Shown piece by piece: positions 1 to 8,518 of a stretch of DNA of 48,115 bases (position 1 is its first letter; the number at the start of each line of letters is the position of its first letter). The notes under the pieces are model-generated. The model saw only the letters and a program-made list of their open reading frames with translations. It had not been told where the DNA came from and made no database searches. Made by a program: the position numbers and the translations under genes. The stretch is from a virus (Duplodnaviria > Heunggongvirae > Uroviricota > Caudoviricetes). The DNA lies in IMG/VR virus record IMGVR_UViG_3300010373_001364, positions 1-48,115 of that record; one strand, given 5' to 3'.

Positions 1-402
1 ATGCCCCTAGTAGCAGCAATTTCAGGTGATGTACTATTGCTTGAGTACATGCTGAACGTCACAGCACAAGCAGATTGTGAAGTTCACCTGTACAACAATA
101 ACCACACACCAACGCCCACAGACTCACTCACTAACTACACCGAGTCCCAGGCGAACAACTATTCGGCGTTCCGCTTGTTTGGAGCGCAATGGACGGTTGC
201 TTCTGGTGTTAGTGCTGGTGCTACCGCAAATTATGCCACTCAGAACTTCAACTTCTCAACGGCTGATACGATTTATGGTTATTTCGTCACCAGCCCAAAC
301 AAGGCTGTTCTTCTCTGGGCAGAAATCTTCACAGGAGGTCCATTCGCACTTCCTGCAACAGGCGGCACCATCGCACTCACGCCAAAGATTTCCCTCACCT
401 AA
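1..402 (+). CDS. Virion structural protein (small tail/fibre-associated beta protein)
   Basis: Ala/Thr/Gly-rich 133 aa with HLY...E...Y...W...NF...YGYFV...LLWAE pattern like small phage tail proteins; followed by a terminator. Confidence 0.55.
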   Translation: MPLVAAISGDVLLLEYMLNVTAQADCEVHLYNNNHTPTPTDSLTNYTESQANNYSAFRLFGAQWTVASGVSAGATANYATQNFNFSTADTIYGYFVTSPNKAVLLWAEIFTGGPFALPATGGTIALTPKISLT

Positions 403-410
403 TAGCAACC

Positions 411-439
411 AGGGCAGTGAAAGCTGCCCTTCTTTTTTT
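411..439 (+). terminator. Intrinsic terminator
   Basis: agggcag-tgaaag-ctgccct stem-loop followed by tcttttttt. Confidence 0.85.
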
Positions 440-489
440 GAAAGAAAACGGCTAAGCTTGGTGTGTCGTCCACTTCAGGAGATCACACT

Positions 490-1017
490 ATGTACACTTT
501 GCTTATGCTGGGTTTGTTCCATGCTCAAATCGAGCGTATGGACAGTGATGTTTGGAAGGAACGTGAAGACGCCCACAAGATTGTCAGAGAGATGGCTCTA
601 AAGAGCGACCTCTGTGCCATGCATCTCAGAGATGCTGCTAGAAAGCATCGGAGTTGTGAAGTTCGGCACCGTGCCCGCCGCATCATGAATGTGTATTGCA
701 ACAGTGTTCTTCCCTTCCCTAAAGATATCACCGAGATACCTTGCATTGATATGATTGCGGATCGAGATGTAAGGAAAGCAGCCATCACCAAGTATATCGG
801 CAAGGGGTTTAGGGGTCATTTTCCCGATTATAGTCCATTGCGACATGCTACCTACAACTACGCTTATGACAAGATCAGGGATGGTAGCTGGTCAAAGCAA
901 CAAGCGCAGCAATTTTTGAGAAGAACAAAGGATCATGAAATGGAGTTCTTCCACACCCGTCCTTGGCTAGGTTGTGGGTGTTATGGAGATAACTTTGAGG
1001 AACGTGAAGACCATTAA
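490..1017 (+). CDS. Hypothetical protein with N-terminal hydrophobic stretch and HEAT-like helices
   Basis: ATG at 490 follows a caggag RBS; MDSDVWKEREDA...EVRHRARRIM resembles HEAT/armadillo-like repeats. Confidence 0.6.
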   Translation: MYTLLMLGLFHAQIERMDSDVWKEREDAHKIVREMALKSDLCAMHLRDAARKHRSCEVRHRARRIMNVYCNSVLPFPKDITEIPCIDMIADRDVRKAAITKYIGKGFRGHFPDYSPLRHATYNYAYDKIRDGSWSKQQAQQFLRRTKDHEMEFFHTRPWLGCGCYGDNFEEREDH

Positions 1018-1020
1018 CCG

Positions 1021-1050
1021 AAAATCCACGCCGCAAGGCGTGGATTTTTT
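1021..1050 (+). terminator. Intrinsic terminator
   Basis: aaaatccacgcc-GCAA-ggcgtggatttt perfect stem with GNRA loop and T tract. Confidence 0.9.
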
Positions 1051-1103
1051 CTGCTTTAACACTTCTTTACCATATCTCGGTTCACAAATCATAGGAGAAA
1101 GAA

Positions 1104-1559
1104 ATGGGAAAGAAGACAATCAATCCACACTTGCAGAACGTGGTGAAGAGGGCGGCGGACTTCTTAAACGCTGATGGTGCTGCACATCTCAGCGTAGCTA
1201 AGCCAAAGCAACCACCTGTCAGGGCTGTCAAGCCTCTGGGTGGGCAGATCCTTGTTGAGGTCTATAGCGAAGAGGAGCTTTCTGACTCACCCATTATCCT
1301 TCCAGATAACGCCAAGGGCAAGGCGAGTCTCGGCGTTGGTGGTGCCCCGCAGGGTCGCGTTCTAGACATTGGTCCTGGCTTGCCAGCAGAGTTTGGAATT
1401 AAAGTTGGCGACCGTGTATTGCTTCAGGGCAGCTTCGTGCCACTGCCGAAGTTGAGCGATCAGCGTGATGGCGACCGTGAGCGTGCCCTTGTTGAGCCGC
1501 ACACCATTAAGGCTCTCTTGATCGAGGACAAGCCTGAGACGTTGGTGGTCGGTGGTTGA
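1104..1559 (+). CDS. groES: Co-chaperonin GroES (functional analogue of T4 gp31)
   Basis: VKPLGGQILVE...IILPDNAK...GRVLDIGPG...IKVGDRVL Cpn10 motifs; aggag RBS. Confidence 0.85.
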   Translation: MGKKTINPHLQNVVKRAADFLNADGAAHLSVAKPKQPPVRAVKPLGGQILVEVYSEEELSDSPIILPDNAKGKASLGVGGAPQGRVLDIGPGLPAEFGIKVGDRVLLQGSFVPLPKLSDQRDGDRERALVEPHTIKALLIEDKPETLVVGG

Positions 1560-1610
1560 GTTCGTTAATCATATCCGACCGATGAGCAGGTCTGCTCAAG
1601 GAGAAGGGCA

Positions 1611-2234
1611 ATGAAAGTCAATTACTCTAACCAGTCGCCTGTTAAAGATGTTTATTCCATCTTCCTTGCTGGTCCTACCCCAAGGAAAGAAGAAGTACCA
1701 TCTTGGCGTCCAGATGCTCTCAAGGTTCTTGAAAGTCTTGGCTTTCAGGGCACAGTGTATATTCCAGAACACGAAGGCAGGACCAAGGAGGGATACGACT
1801 ACCTCACTCAAGTGGAATGGGAATACGAGTGCCTGGAGGGGGCTGGCGTGATCTGTTTCTGGGTTCCCCGGAAGACGCCAGACATGCCAGCCTTCACCAC
1901 CAATGTCGAATTCGGCAGATATGTTGGGAGCGGTAGAGCCTTGTACGGGCGTCCTGATTGGGCTGAAAAGAAGGGCTATCTCGATTGGCTGTACAAGAAG
2001 ATCGCAAGAAGAGAGCCTGTCAATAACATGGATAGCCTTTTCAGGGAGGCGATCACTGAGTTAGAAATCCACGACCATATCAGGAGGGTAAAGAACCGAA
2101 TCGGTTCTTTACAGGCGGCTCTTATCTGGCTAAACACTATAGATCCCACCGCTGGCAAAACACCACTAGAATTGATTAAAGAAGGAAAAGGGCATGTTTA
2201 CACTGACCCCAACCTAGACTTTGTAGGAGGATGA
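1611..2234 (+). CDS. Nucleoside 2-deoxyribosyltransferase-like protein with C-terminal MbcA/ParS/Xre-like tail
   Basis: SIFLAGPTPR..SWR, QVEWE, FWVPR, FTTNVEFG motifs; C-terminal WLNT...GKTPLELI. Confidence 0.75.
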   Translation: MKVNYSNQSPVKDVYSIFLAGPTPRKEEVPSWRPDALKVLESLGFQGTVYIPEHEGRTKEGYDYLTQVEWEYECLEGAGVICFWVPRKTPDMPAFTTNVEFGRYVGSGRALYGRPDWAEKKGYLDWLYKKIARREPVNNMDSLFREAITELEIHDHIRRVKNRIGSLQAALIWLNTIDPTAGKTPLELIKEGKGHVYTDPNLDFVGG

Positions 2235-2833
2235 TGCTTTGGTTAACGGCTGATTGGCACCTTGGGGAAGATCGTTTTGAGATCATGCAGCGACCGTTCA
2301 AAACGGTGGAAGATCACATCAGTACACTCATCGAACGACACAATTCTCTGGTCAAGCCAGACGATGACGTGATCGTCGCTGGAGACGCGGTTTATCAGAA
2401 AGCACCTCAATATGTTGATTGTATCCAGCACTTCAACGGCAGAAAGACGTTGATACGCGGCAACCATGATCGCCCCATTGACGACAATACCTACGCCAAA
2501 TACTTCGATATCATCATCGAAGAGGGAGGAGGTATCCCTCTGGAAGCTGGCAGTGTGCCCTGCTGGGTGACACACTACCCCTCACAAGGCAGACAGGATA
2601 TATTCAACCTTGTCGGGCACGTTCACGGTGCTTGGAAATACCAACTCAATATGTTCAACATCGGGGTTGATGCTAATCACTTCTTGCCCGTTGCAGCAGA
2701 TAGAGTTAAATTTCACTTCGACGCTGTATCCCAATACTACGATGGCGATATTTGGATCGCCTACTCACCACTCAATTCTTTTTACTGCGGTAGGCGCGGT
2801 AAGTCCTCCTATTACTACAACAAAACGGACTGA
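2231..2833 (+). CDS. Calcineurin-like metallophosphoesterase
   Basis: DWHLG, GD, GNHD, HYP and GHVH metal-binding motifs. Confidence 0.9.
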   Translation: MMLWLTADWHLGEDRFEIMQRPFKTVEDHISTLIERHNSLVKPDDDVIVAGDAVYQKAPQYVDCIQHFNGRKTLIRGNHDRPIDDNTYAKYFDIIIEEGGGIPLEAGSVPCWVTHYPSQGRQDIFNLVGHVHGAWKYQLNMFNIGVDANHFLPVAADRVKFHFDAVSQYYDGDIWIAYSPLNSFYCGRRGKSSYYYNKTD

Positions 2834-2840
2834 TACTGCC

Positions 2841-2846
2841 TAGATA
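2841..2846 (+). promoter_or_regulatory. Putative late promoter (TAGATA), leaderless
   Basis: TAGATA-5 nt-ATG at 2852; motif recurs before many genes. Confidence 0.6.
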
Positions 2847-2851
2847 GCGGT

Positions 2852-3316
2852 ATGGGACAGTTCAAAGAATTCTACGAAGCTTCCGAAGTAGTTGACTCGC
2901 TCAGTAACGTACTTTGCGAACTAGGCGATGAGACAGATTTTGTTGACCGCTTTGGTGGTGGTCTTGGAGACATCGCCAAGGGCGTAGCTAAAGGCGTGGG
3001 TCAGGGTGTAGCATCTCCCTTCCTTGGTCTTTGGCAAGCAGCACGCCGCATGAGGCACGGAAGTAATAATCTGGAAAAGATCGATGCTGATAGGGCATTC
3101 AAGAAGTCCAAAGAAGACTTGCTCAGGTGGTTGATGACTATGGAACCTGATGTGAGAAGCCAGGAGATTAGTAAACTCATTCAGTCACTGGAATCAATCA
3201 AGACCATCAATAACGCCGATCCACAGGCTCGCGATAACTGGTTGAAGAAACTGCTTATGCACGGAACTTATCGTGGTTTTCCTAAGCCAAGCTACAGGAA
3301 ACTGGCAGGAATGTAA
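2852..3316 (+). CDS. Hypothetical protein, putative internal head protein
   Basis: N-terminus MGQFKEFYEASE resembles the T4 capsid-targeting sequence. Confidence 0.6.
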   Translation: MGQFKEFYEASEVVDSLSNVLCELGDETDFVDRFGGGLGDIAKGVAKGVGQGVASPFLGLWQAARRMRHGSNNLEKIDADRAFKKSKEDLLRWLMTMEPDVRSQEISKLIQSLESIKTINNADPQARDNWLKKLLMHGTYRGFPKPSYRKLAGM

Positions 3317-3325
3317 GGAGAACAA

Positions 3326-3550
3326 ATGCGTGGATTTTTCAAATGGTTAGAAGCAAAAAGCCAAGTTATGCCGCCGATTGACAAAGAAAGGTTCAGCGAA
3401 CTTGGAGGACTAGAAGGTCCATTCCGTTTCCGTAGTGGTAAGGTGCTGTATTATGACCCCAAGGAGGGTAAATACTATGATCGAGAAACTGATATGTACC
3501 TCGATAATGATGAAATGATGCACCATCTGTACCGTAACAATGGCTCATAA
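3326..3550 (+). CDS. Small phage protein, putative internal head protein
   Basis: aaggag RBS; N-terminus MRGFFKWLEA; LEGPF...LYYDPKEG.YYD motif. Confidence 0.65.
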   Translation: MRGFFKWLEAKSQVMPPIDKERFSELGGLEGPFRFRSGKVLYYDPKEGKYYDRETDMYLDNDEMMHHLYRNNGS

Positions 3551-3552
3551 CT

Positions 3553-4089
3553 ATGATTAGAAACCCAGACGGAAGTTGTTATCACCTAGTCGGCAGCATT
3601 CAGCAGTTCGACCCCGAAAATCAAGAGCATAACCTCTTCAACCTTTGGGATGAGGAGGTTATCCAGCAGGGCGGATCTCCCATTTTTTACTATGAGCTTC
3701 TGATCCAGCCTAACACGGTGGACCCGCTTTATGTCGAGGATCGTGGCAAGCTCTGGTCAACTAACGGCATCAAGCTGTGGGGCTTCTATGATCCACAACC
3801 TAACACCAACACGCAGGGTTTGTTTGGTATCGACGCTCCTGATGAGATGGTATTTGAATTCAATTACCGCAACGTATTGAATAAGATCGGTCATGTTCCC
3901 AAGGTGGGTTCTCGACTCTTTACGCCACACAAGGGTGAAAGCTGGGAAATCATTCAAAGGAACGACGGCGAATTCAAAATGTGGGGTCAGTTAAGACTTC
4001 AGTTGATTTGCAGGAAGTTCCAAGAGTCCACCACAACAACGGGCGTCAATCCCCAGCCGATGCCAGATTTCAAACTCAACCCACACTAA
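3553..4089 (+). CDS. Neck protein, T4 gp14-like
   Basis: E.IQ..G..I.YY, DPLY.ED, FGI...DE..F, PKVG..LF.P, WEI and L.C.KF pattern of the gp14 family. Confidence 0.75.
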   Translation: MIRNPDGSCYHLVGSIQQFDPENQEHNLFNLWDEEVIQQGGSPIFYYELLIQPNTVDPLYVEDRGKLWSTNGIKLWGFYDPQPNTNTQGLFGIDAPDEMVFEFNYRNVLNKIGHVPKVGSRLFTPHKGESWEIIQRNDGEFKMWGQLRLQLICRKFQESTTTTGVNPQPMPDFKLNPH

Positions 4090-4093
4090 AATC

Positions 4094-4119
4094 AGCCCCG
4101 CTTCTGGCGGGGCTTTTTT
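4094..4119 (+). terminator. Intrinsic terminator
   Basis: agccccgc-ttctg-gcggggct followed by ttttt. Confidence 0.9.
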
Positions 4120-4132
4120 GTTACCTGTCCTA

Positions 4133-4138
4133 TAGATA
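4133..4138 (+). promoter_or_regulatory. Putative late promoter (TAGATA), leaderless
   Basis: TAGATA-5 nt-ATG at 4144, directly after a terminator, with no SD sequence. Confidence 0.65.
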
Positions 4139-4143
4139 CCTCC

Positions 4144-4725
4144 ATGCACGCACTCTGTTTTAGAGAATGGTTTTTGGAGGATGAGCAAGGTAATGACATC
4201 ATCCCGGTTGGCACGGAGTTCAGAATAGACGTTCCACCCAAATCCGTAATCAGCTTCGACTTTGACGGTACACTTACCAAGTGGAACAAGAAGGGACCGA
4301 ACAACTGGTATGAAGTCCCATTTATCGAAATCATCCGCCGTCTCAAGAAGTGGACGCAGATGGGACACCGTTGCATTATTACCACTCACCGCACCAAGTC
4401 ACTTGAAGGCAATCCCGCTTTCCTCGGTCACGGTAGGGACAAAATGAAAATCCTCGATTTGGTCAAGGATGATGTTCTGCCAGTTGATGCGGGTGGTATC
4501 ATTTATACACACATGGGCGACAAGGGTGAGGTCTTGGCTAATTTGCAGCAAAGAGGTTTGAACGTCGTCATGCACTATGATGACGAAATGAAAAACCTTA
4601 GTTCGGTTGCCAGAGTTGGAATAATTGGCGTCAAGGTAGATCCGGGTCCAGCACCACCTAAATACCATGTGGCGGGCGATGGTCAAACGCCATCTTCAGT
4701 GCAGACACCAGTAATGGCTCATTAA
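4144..4725 (+). CDS. HAD-superfamily phosphatase with CTS-like N-terminus
   Basis: SFDFDGTL (motif I), ITTHR (II), K (III), HYDD (IV); N-terminal FREWFLEDE. Confidence 0.75.
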   Translation: MHALCFREWFLEDEQGNDIIPVGTEFRIDVPPKSVISFDFDGTLTKWNKKGPNNWYEVPFIEIIRRLKKWTQMGHRCIITTHRTKSLEGNPAFLGHGRDKMKILDLVKDDVLPVDAGGIIYTHMGDKGEVLANLQQRGLNVVMHYDDEMKNLSSVARVGIIGVKVDPGPAPPKYHVAGDGQTPSSVQTPVMAH

Positions 4726-4730
4726 GGAGA

Positions 4731-5909
4731 ATGATGAAGAGTTTTTATGAGCTTTACAACGAGAGTCGGAAGTATCGTGGCACCGCCTGGATTGCCGTGT
4801 TCCGCCGCACCCCCAAACTGGAAGTCCTTATTGGCTCTCGTAGAAATGATCCTACTGTAAGAGTCCTTCCAGGTGGAAGACTAGACAAGGGGGAGTCTGG
4901 CAAGGATGCCGCCCTCCGTGAATTGGAAGAGGAAACTGGCATCTCCTTGCGCGATCTAACCAAGATCGGTCATTGGGGAAAATGGGGATACCTCTATGCT
5001 CACATTCTTGATAAGGATGTGAGCCTTCGACCCTCTGACGATATCGGTAATCTGAAGTGGTACAGTATTGAAGAACTACCAGACATGGATGAGGAGCATA
5101 AGGAGATGTTGCTCCACGCCATTCAGAAACTATTCAAAGATCGAGTCGAGGAAGTCTACAGCATCATACCTGATGCCATCTTGAATGAGTCAGAGAAACT
5201 TGATTTGAAGGCGAAGCTCAGAGAAATTCTCAAAGAGAAGCCACGCAAGCAATCTGGTCTTCTTATTGTCATCGAAGGTATCGATGGTGCTGGTAAAAGC
5301 ACACAGATCGATGAGTTGGTCGATTGGCTTATGGGACTCAACTATGATGTGGTCCTAAGTAAATGGAACTCCTCAGAGATTATGAAAAAGGCGATCAAAA
5401 AAGGTAAAGAGAAGAGGATGTTGACACCTCTTGTCTACAGTCTCCTACACGTCTGTGATATGGTTGTCCGCTATGAACACGACATCCTACCGGCTTTGGA
5501 TAAAAATAAGATCGTCGTTTGCGACCGTTACATTTATACCTCAATGGCTCGCGATAAGGTGCGTGGTGTAGACATGGACATGCTCAAAGAGGTCTACAAG
5601 GGCTTCCGTGTTCCTGATGTTGTCTTTCGGCTGAAGGTGCCTATTGAAATTGCCTTCACTCGCGTAATTAGAGACAAGGGCTTGAACTACTACTCTGCTG
5701 GTATGGATCTGAACCTGTCTGACAACAAAGAAGAGAGTTGCATTAAGTATGAGGCAATGGTAGACAAGGTTTATGACGAAATCATGAAAGATGTGCCAAG
5801 CTGCGTGACCATTAGCGCCGACAAGTCCATCGAAGAAATCAAGAAGAAGATCAGAGGAGTTCTCGCCAAGAAGTTCGGAATTGGCAAGTGGAAAGATGTT
5901 AAGATATGA
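4731..5909 (+). CDS. tmk: Nudix hydrolase-thymidylate kinase fusion
   Basis: Nudix box GGRLDKGESGKDAALRELEEETG; P-loop IEGIDGAGKST; DRY motif; N-terminal MMKSFYELYNES. Confidence 0.9.
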   Translation: MMKSFYELYNESRKYRGTAWIAVFRRTPKLEVLIGSRRNDPTVRVLPGGRLDKGESGKDAALRELEEETGISLRDLTKIGHWGKWGYLYAHILDKDVSLRPSDDIGNLKWYSIEELPDMDEEHKEMLLHAIQKLFKDRVEEVYSIIPDAILNESEKLDLKAKLREILKEKPRKQSGLLIVIEGIDGAGKSTQIDELVDWLMGLNYDVVLSKWNSSEIMKKAIKKGKEKRMLTPLVYSLLHVCDMVVRYEHDILPALDKNKIVVCDRYIYTSMARDKVRGVDMDMLKEVYKGFRVPDVVFRLKVPIEIAFTRVIRDKGLNYYSAGMDLNLSDNKEESCIKYEAMVDKVYDEIMKDVPSCVTISADKSIEEIKKKIRGVLAKKFGIGKWKDVKI

Positions 5910-7012
5910 TAGACATCGCTTACACCATTCTTGACGTTTTAGCGACAGACACTTATTTTTGGTTTCTGGCTAACCACAACGAGGAGAATGGCTTGGTCTT
6001 AGATCGCGCTTTCGCTGATGGACCCAAAGGAAGTGTGAAAAGCACTGCCTCCAAGATGTCGTCCATCGCTGCCTGCGGCTATTTCCTCAGTATTCTTCCA
6101 TCAGCACTCCAGCGCCGCAACCAGAGGTTCGGTAAGCAGAAGTGTGAGAGGCTTATTAGTTTTGTTCTGGGGGAAGTTCCCCATTACCTCGGATTGCTGC
6201 CGCACTTCCTACACATGGACACCGGAGAACCTTGGATAGATAGTGAGTTCTCCGTCTTGGATACAGCCATCTTTCTTAACGGCTGCATTGTGGCTGGTGA
6301 AGCCTACAACCTCAGACCACTGGTGAACCGGCTGCTCGACCGAGTAGAGTGGGATAAGCTGGTTATCAATGATCTCCTGTCTTTAGGAGCAAAGGATGGG
6401 CAGTTGCTTTTGGCTTTTCGGGACCATACTTCCGAATCACTAATGCCATATCTCCTGGCAGTAGGTTCCGAGAAGGTCAAACCTGAAATGTGGGAAAATG
6501 TCTCCAACGTAGAAGTACAGACCCTTCCCCTCTTCACCAGTTACTACGGCATGGGCTGGGCGGACCTGAGAAATAGAAAAGACCTCCTCGGTTTCGACTT
6601 CTGTGATAACGCCAAAGAGATGAGCCTCAAACAGAGGCGAGATGGAAGTTGGTGGGGGAGAAGTGCTGGGGATACCCCTCAAGGATATATGGCACAAGGG
6701 CTGACCAACCATGATGGTACAGTTATGCCAACGGCTGCTTTAGCGAGTATGCCCTGGATTCCTAATGAGATCAGAACCGATATCTTATCATGGCACGATG
6801 ATGCTAACTGGAACATGGTGCGCGGCTTGTATGGATTGAAAAACTTCAACCCTAACAAGGGATGGTTTGACGACGAGTTAGTAGCTATTGACCTTGGCAG
6901 TTTCTATCTCGGCTGGGTCAACTATTACTGTAATGGTATCTGGAATCTTTGGATGAGTCATCCCGTTTGTCGCCGAGGCGTAGAGTTACTCTTTCCGTTA
7001 AAGCCCCAATAA
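5906..7012 (+). CDS. Glycoamylase-family (GH144/NdvB-like) glycoside hydrolase
   Basis: NGLVLDR, SIAACG, G.LPHF....TG, EFSVLDTAIFLNG, RVEW, PLF, DGT, G.YG..FN and AIDLG motifs. Confidence 0.8.
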   Translation: MIDIAYTILDVLATDTYFWFLANHNEENGLVLDRAFADGPKGSVKSTASKMSSIAACGYFLSILPSALQRRNQRFGKQKCERLISFVLGEVPHYLGLLPHFLHMDTGEPWIDSEFSVLDTAIFLNGCIVAGEAYNLRPLVNRLLDRVEWDKLVINDLLSLGAKDGQLLLAFRDHTSESLMPYLLAVGSEKVKPEMWENVSNVEVQTLPLFTSYYGMGWADLRNRKDLLGFDFCDNAKEMSLKQRRDGSWWGRSAGDTPQGYMAQGLTNHDGTVMPTAALASMPWIPNEIRTDILSWHDDANWNMVRGLYGLKNFNPNKGWFDDELVAIDLGSFYLGWVNYYCNGIWNLWMSHPVCRRGVELLFPLKPQ

Positions 7013-8291
7013 CGAAATCTTGAACAGAAGTCCAATCGCCCCTCTTCGGTTGACGGAAGATTCGCATGGAAGGATACCAGGGCGAGTCTTCCCGATCCGC
7101 CTGCCACCTCCACTCAGCATCATAAGGTAAAAGCAGCCAGGTCTTTTTACCCATAGCACCAGCCAGGTGAGCTACAGCAGTATCGATAGTTATGATCAGG
7201 TCCATCTGATCCACCAAATCCGCTAGATCGCCAAAATCGTTGATCTTCATCTCCACTGTGCCGTAATGTTCAGCATCTCTTTGAAGATTGTAGAGCCTGA
7301 TGTCACGTCGGTCAATAATGGGATCAAAGAAGTCATGCGGCAACGATCTCTTAAAGGTGGAGAGGTAGGCTAAGCTGGCGGGATGTTGTACAACATTGAT
7401 AGAGCCGTCACACCTTTTGATGACTTGGATGTTGTTATCAAAAGACTTTACGGCGCGAGCTACGACACCGATCTTCATGTGGTCGCCGGGAACTTGAATT
7501 TTCCCAGGAGCCTTGATGTAAGGCTCATTGGGTATCTCATCAAAGAGGGATGGAAGACTCATGATCCGAATCGAGAGGTCTGGATCTGGACAATAGTGGC
7601 AATCATAGAGTTTCTCCAGTGCCCGTGGACAGTTGATATACACGATGGCACCTGCTTTCTCCAAGAGCTTACAGTAGCGGGAGAACATGATGAAATCACC
7701 ATAACCTTGTTCTGCAATTACCCTTACCTTTTTGCCTTTGAGGTCTTGTGGGTAAACAGGTTTTGGAAGATCACAGTGCAGCGGGATTCGCCATTCATAC
7801 TCCCGCCAACCCTTCTTGAAGTCTCCCATAGCCAGAAGAAGCAGGGCGTAGTTGAAGTGGACAAAGGCATTGTCCGGCTCGCACTCCAAAGCAGCTTCGT
7901 AAACATCCTTGGCGCGGTCATATCTCCTCTCGTCGGCAAGGATCATAGCCGCATTGCTTAGGGTCATGGCATCTCTAGGCTTTAGCTCACAGGCGGTACG
8001 GATAGCGCTTACTGCCTCCTGGTAGTTCCCAAGGTTACGATAGATACTCGCTAGGGTGGTGTAGTAAGCGGCATTACAGCGGTAGTGAGTTATTGCTTTC
8101 TTGGCGAGGTCCAGGGCGGTTTTGTGCTTGCCTTGGAGGTTGAGAATAAAGGCTATGGAGTGTAAAGCAGAATCCTCGTTGGGGTCCAGTGTTAGAATCG
8201 CATGGTAGAAATCCAGAGCTATTTGAAACTGATTGTAACAAAGAGCAGTATAGGCATTTTCTGATAGCTGCTTGATCTGTGCCTTACTCAT
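6918..8291 (-). CDS. TPR-repeat glycosyltransferase (GT9/heptosyltransferase-like C-terminus)
   Basis: N-terminal TPRs; GWREYEWR, EQGYGDFIMFSRY, MSLP, DLIITIDTAVAHLAGAMGK, WRW and SPWYPSMRIFRQ. Confidence 0.9.
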   Translation of the reverse strand: MSKAQIKQLSENAYTALCYNQFQIALDFYHAILTLDPNEDSALHSIAFILNLQGKHKTALDLAKKAITHYRCNAAYYTTLASIYRNLGNYQEAVSAIRTACELKPRDAMTLSNAAMILADERRYDRAKDVYEAALECEPDNAFVHFNYALLLLAMGDFKKGWREYEWRIPLHCDLPKPVYPQDLKGKKVRVIAEQGYGDFIMFSRYCKLLEKAGAIVYINCPRALEKLYDCHYCPDPDLSIRIMSLPSLFDEIPNEPYIKAPGKIQVPGDHMKIGVVARAVKSFDNNIQVIKRCDGSINVVQHPASLAYLSTFKRSLPHDFFDPIIDRRDIRLYNLQRDAEHYGTVEMKINDFGDLADLVDQMDLIITIDTAVAHLAGAMGKKTWLLLPYDAEWRWQADREDSPWYPSMRIFRQPKRGDWTSVQDFVIGALTERVTLRLGDKRDDSSKDSRYHYSNS

Positions 8292-8461
8292 ATTTCTCTG
8301 ATCCTCACTTTGTCGGCAATGTGTTTATCCCTCGGCAAAGGATGACAACGAGTTATCAACTTCAGGGGAAGTTTGATGATCTTCTTTTGGGTTATCATCA
8401 CTTCCATAGTGATGTTACTCCAGAGAGATTTCTCTGGTCGCAAAATCTTGTAGGGTTTCAT
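8288..8461 (-). CDS. Small basic hypothetical protein (57 aa, absent from ORF track)
   Basis: MKPYKILRPEKS...RIREI*; its TGA overlaps the ATG of the TPR-GT gene (ATGA coupling). Confidence 0.55.
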   Translation of the reverse strand: MKPYKILRPEKSLWSNITMEVMITQKKIIKLPLKLITRCHPLPRDKHIADKVRIREI

Positions 8462-8484
8462 GGGAAAGTTCCTCGTTCTGTACC

Positions 8485-8490
8485 TAAATA
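8485..8490 (+). promoter_or_regulatory. Putative late promoter (TAAATA) for tail operon
   Basis: Matches the core of the T4 late promoter TATAAATA; 28 nt upstream of the gp15-like gene. Confidence 0.55.
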
Positions 8491-8518
8491 CTAAGAGTTT
8501 GTTTCCTTAAGGATTGAT

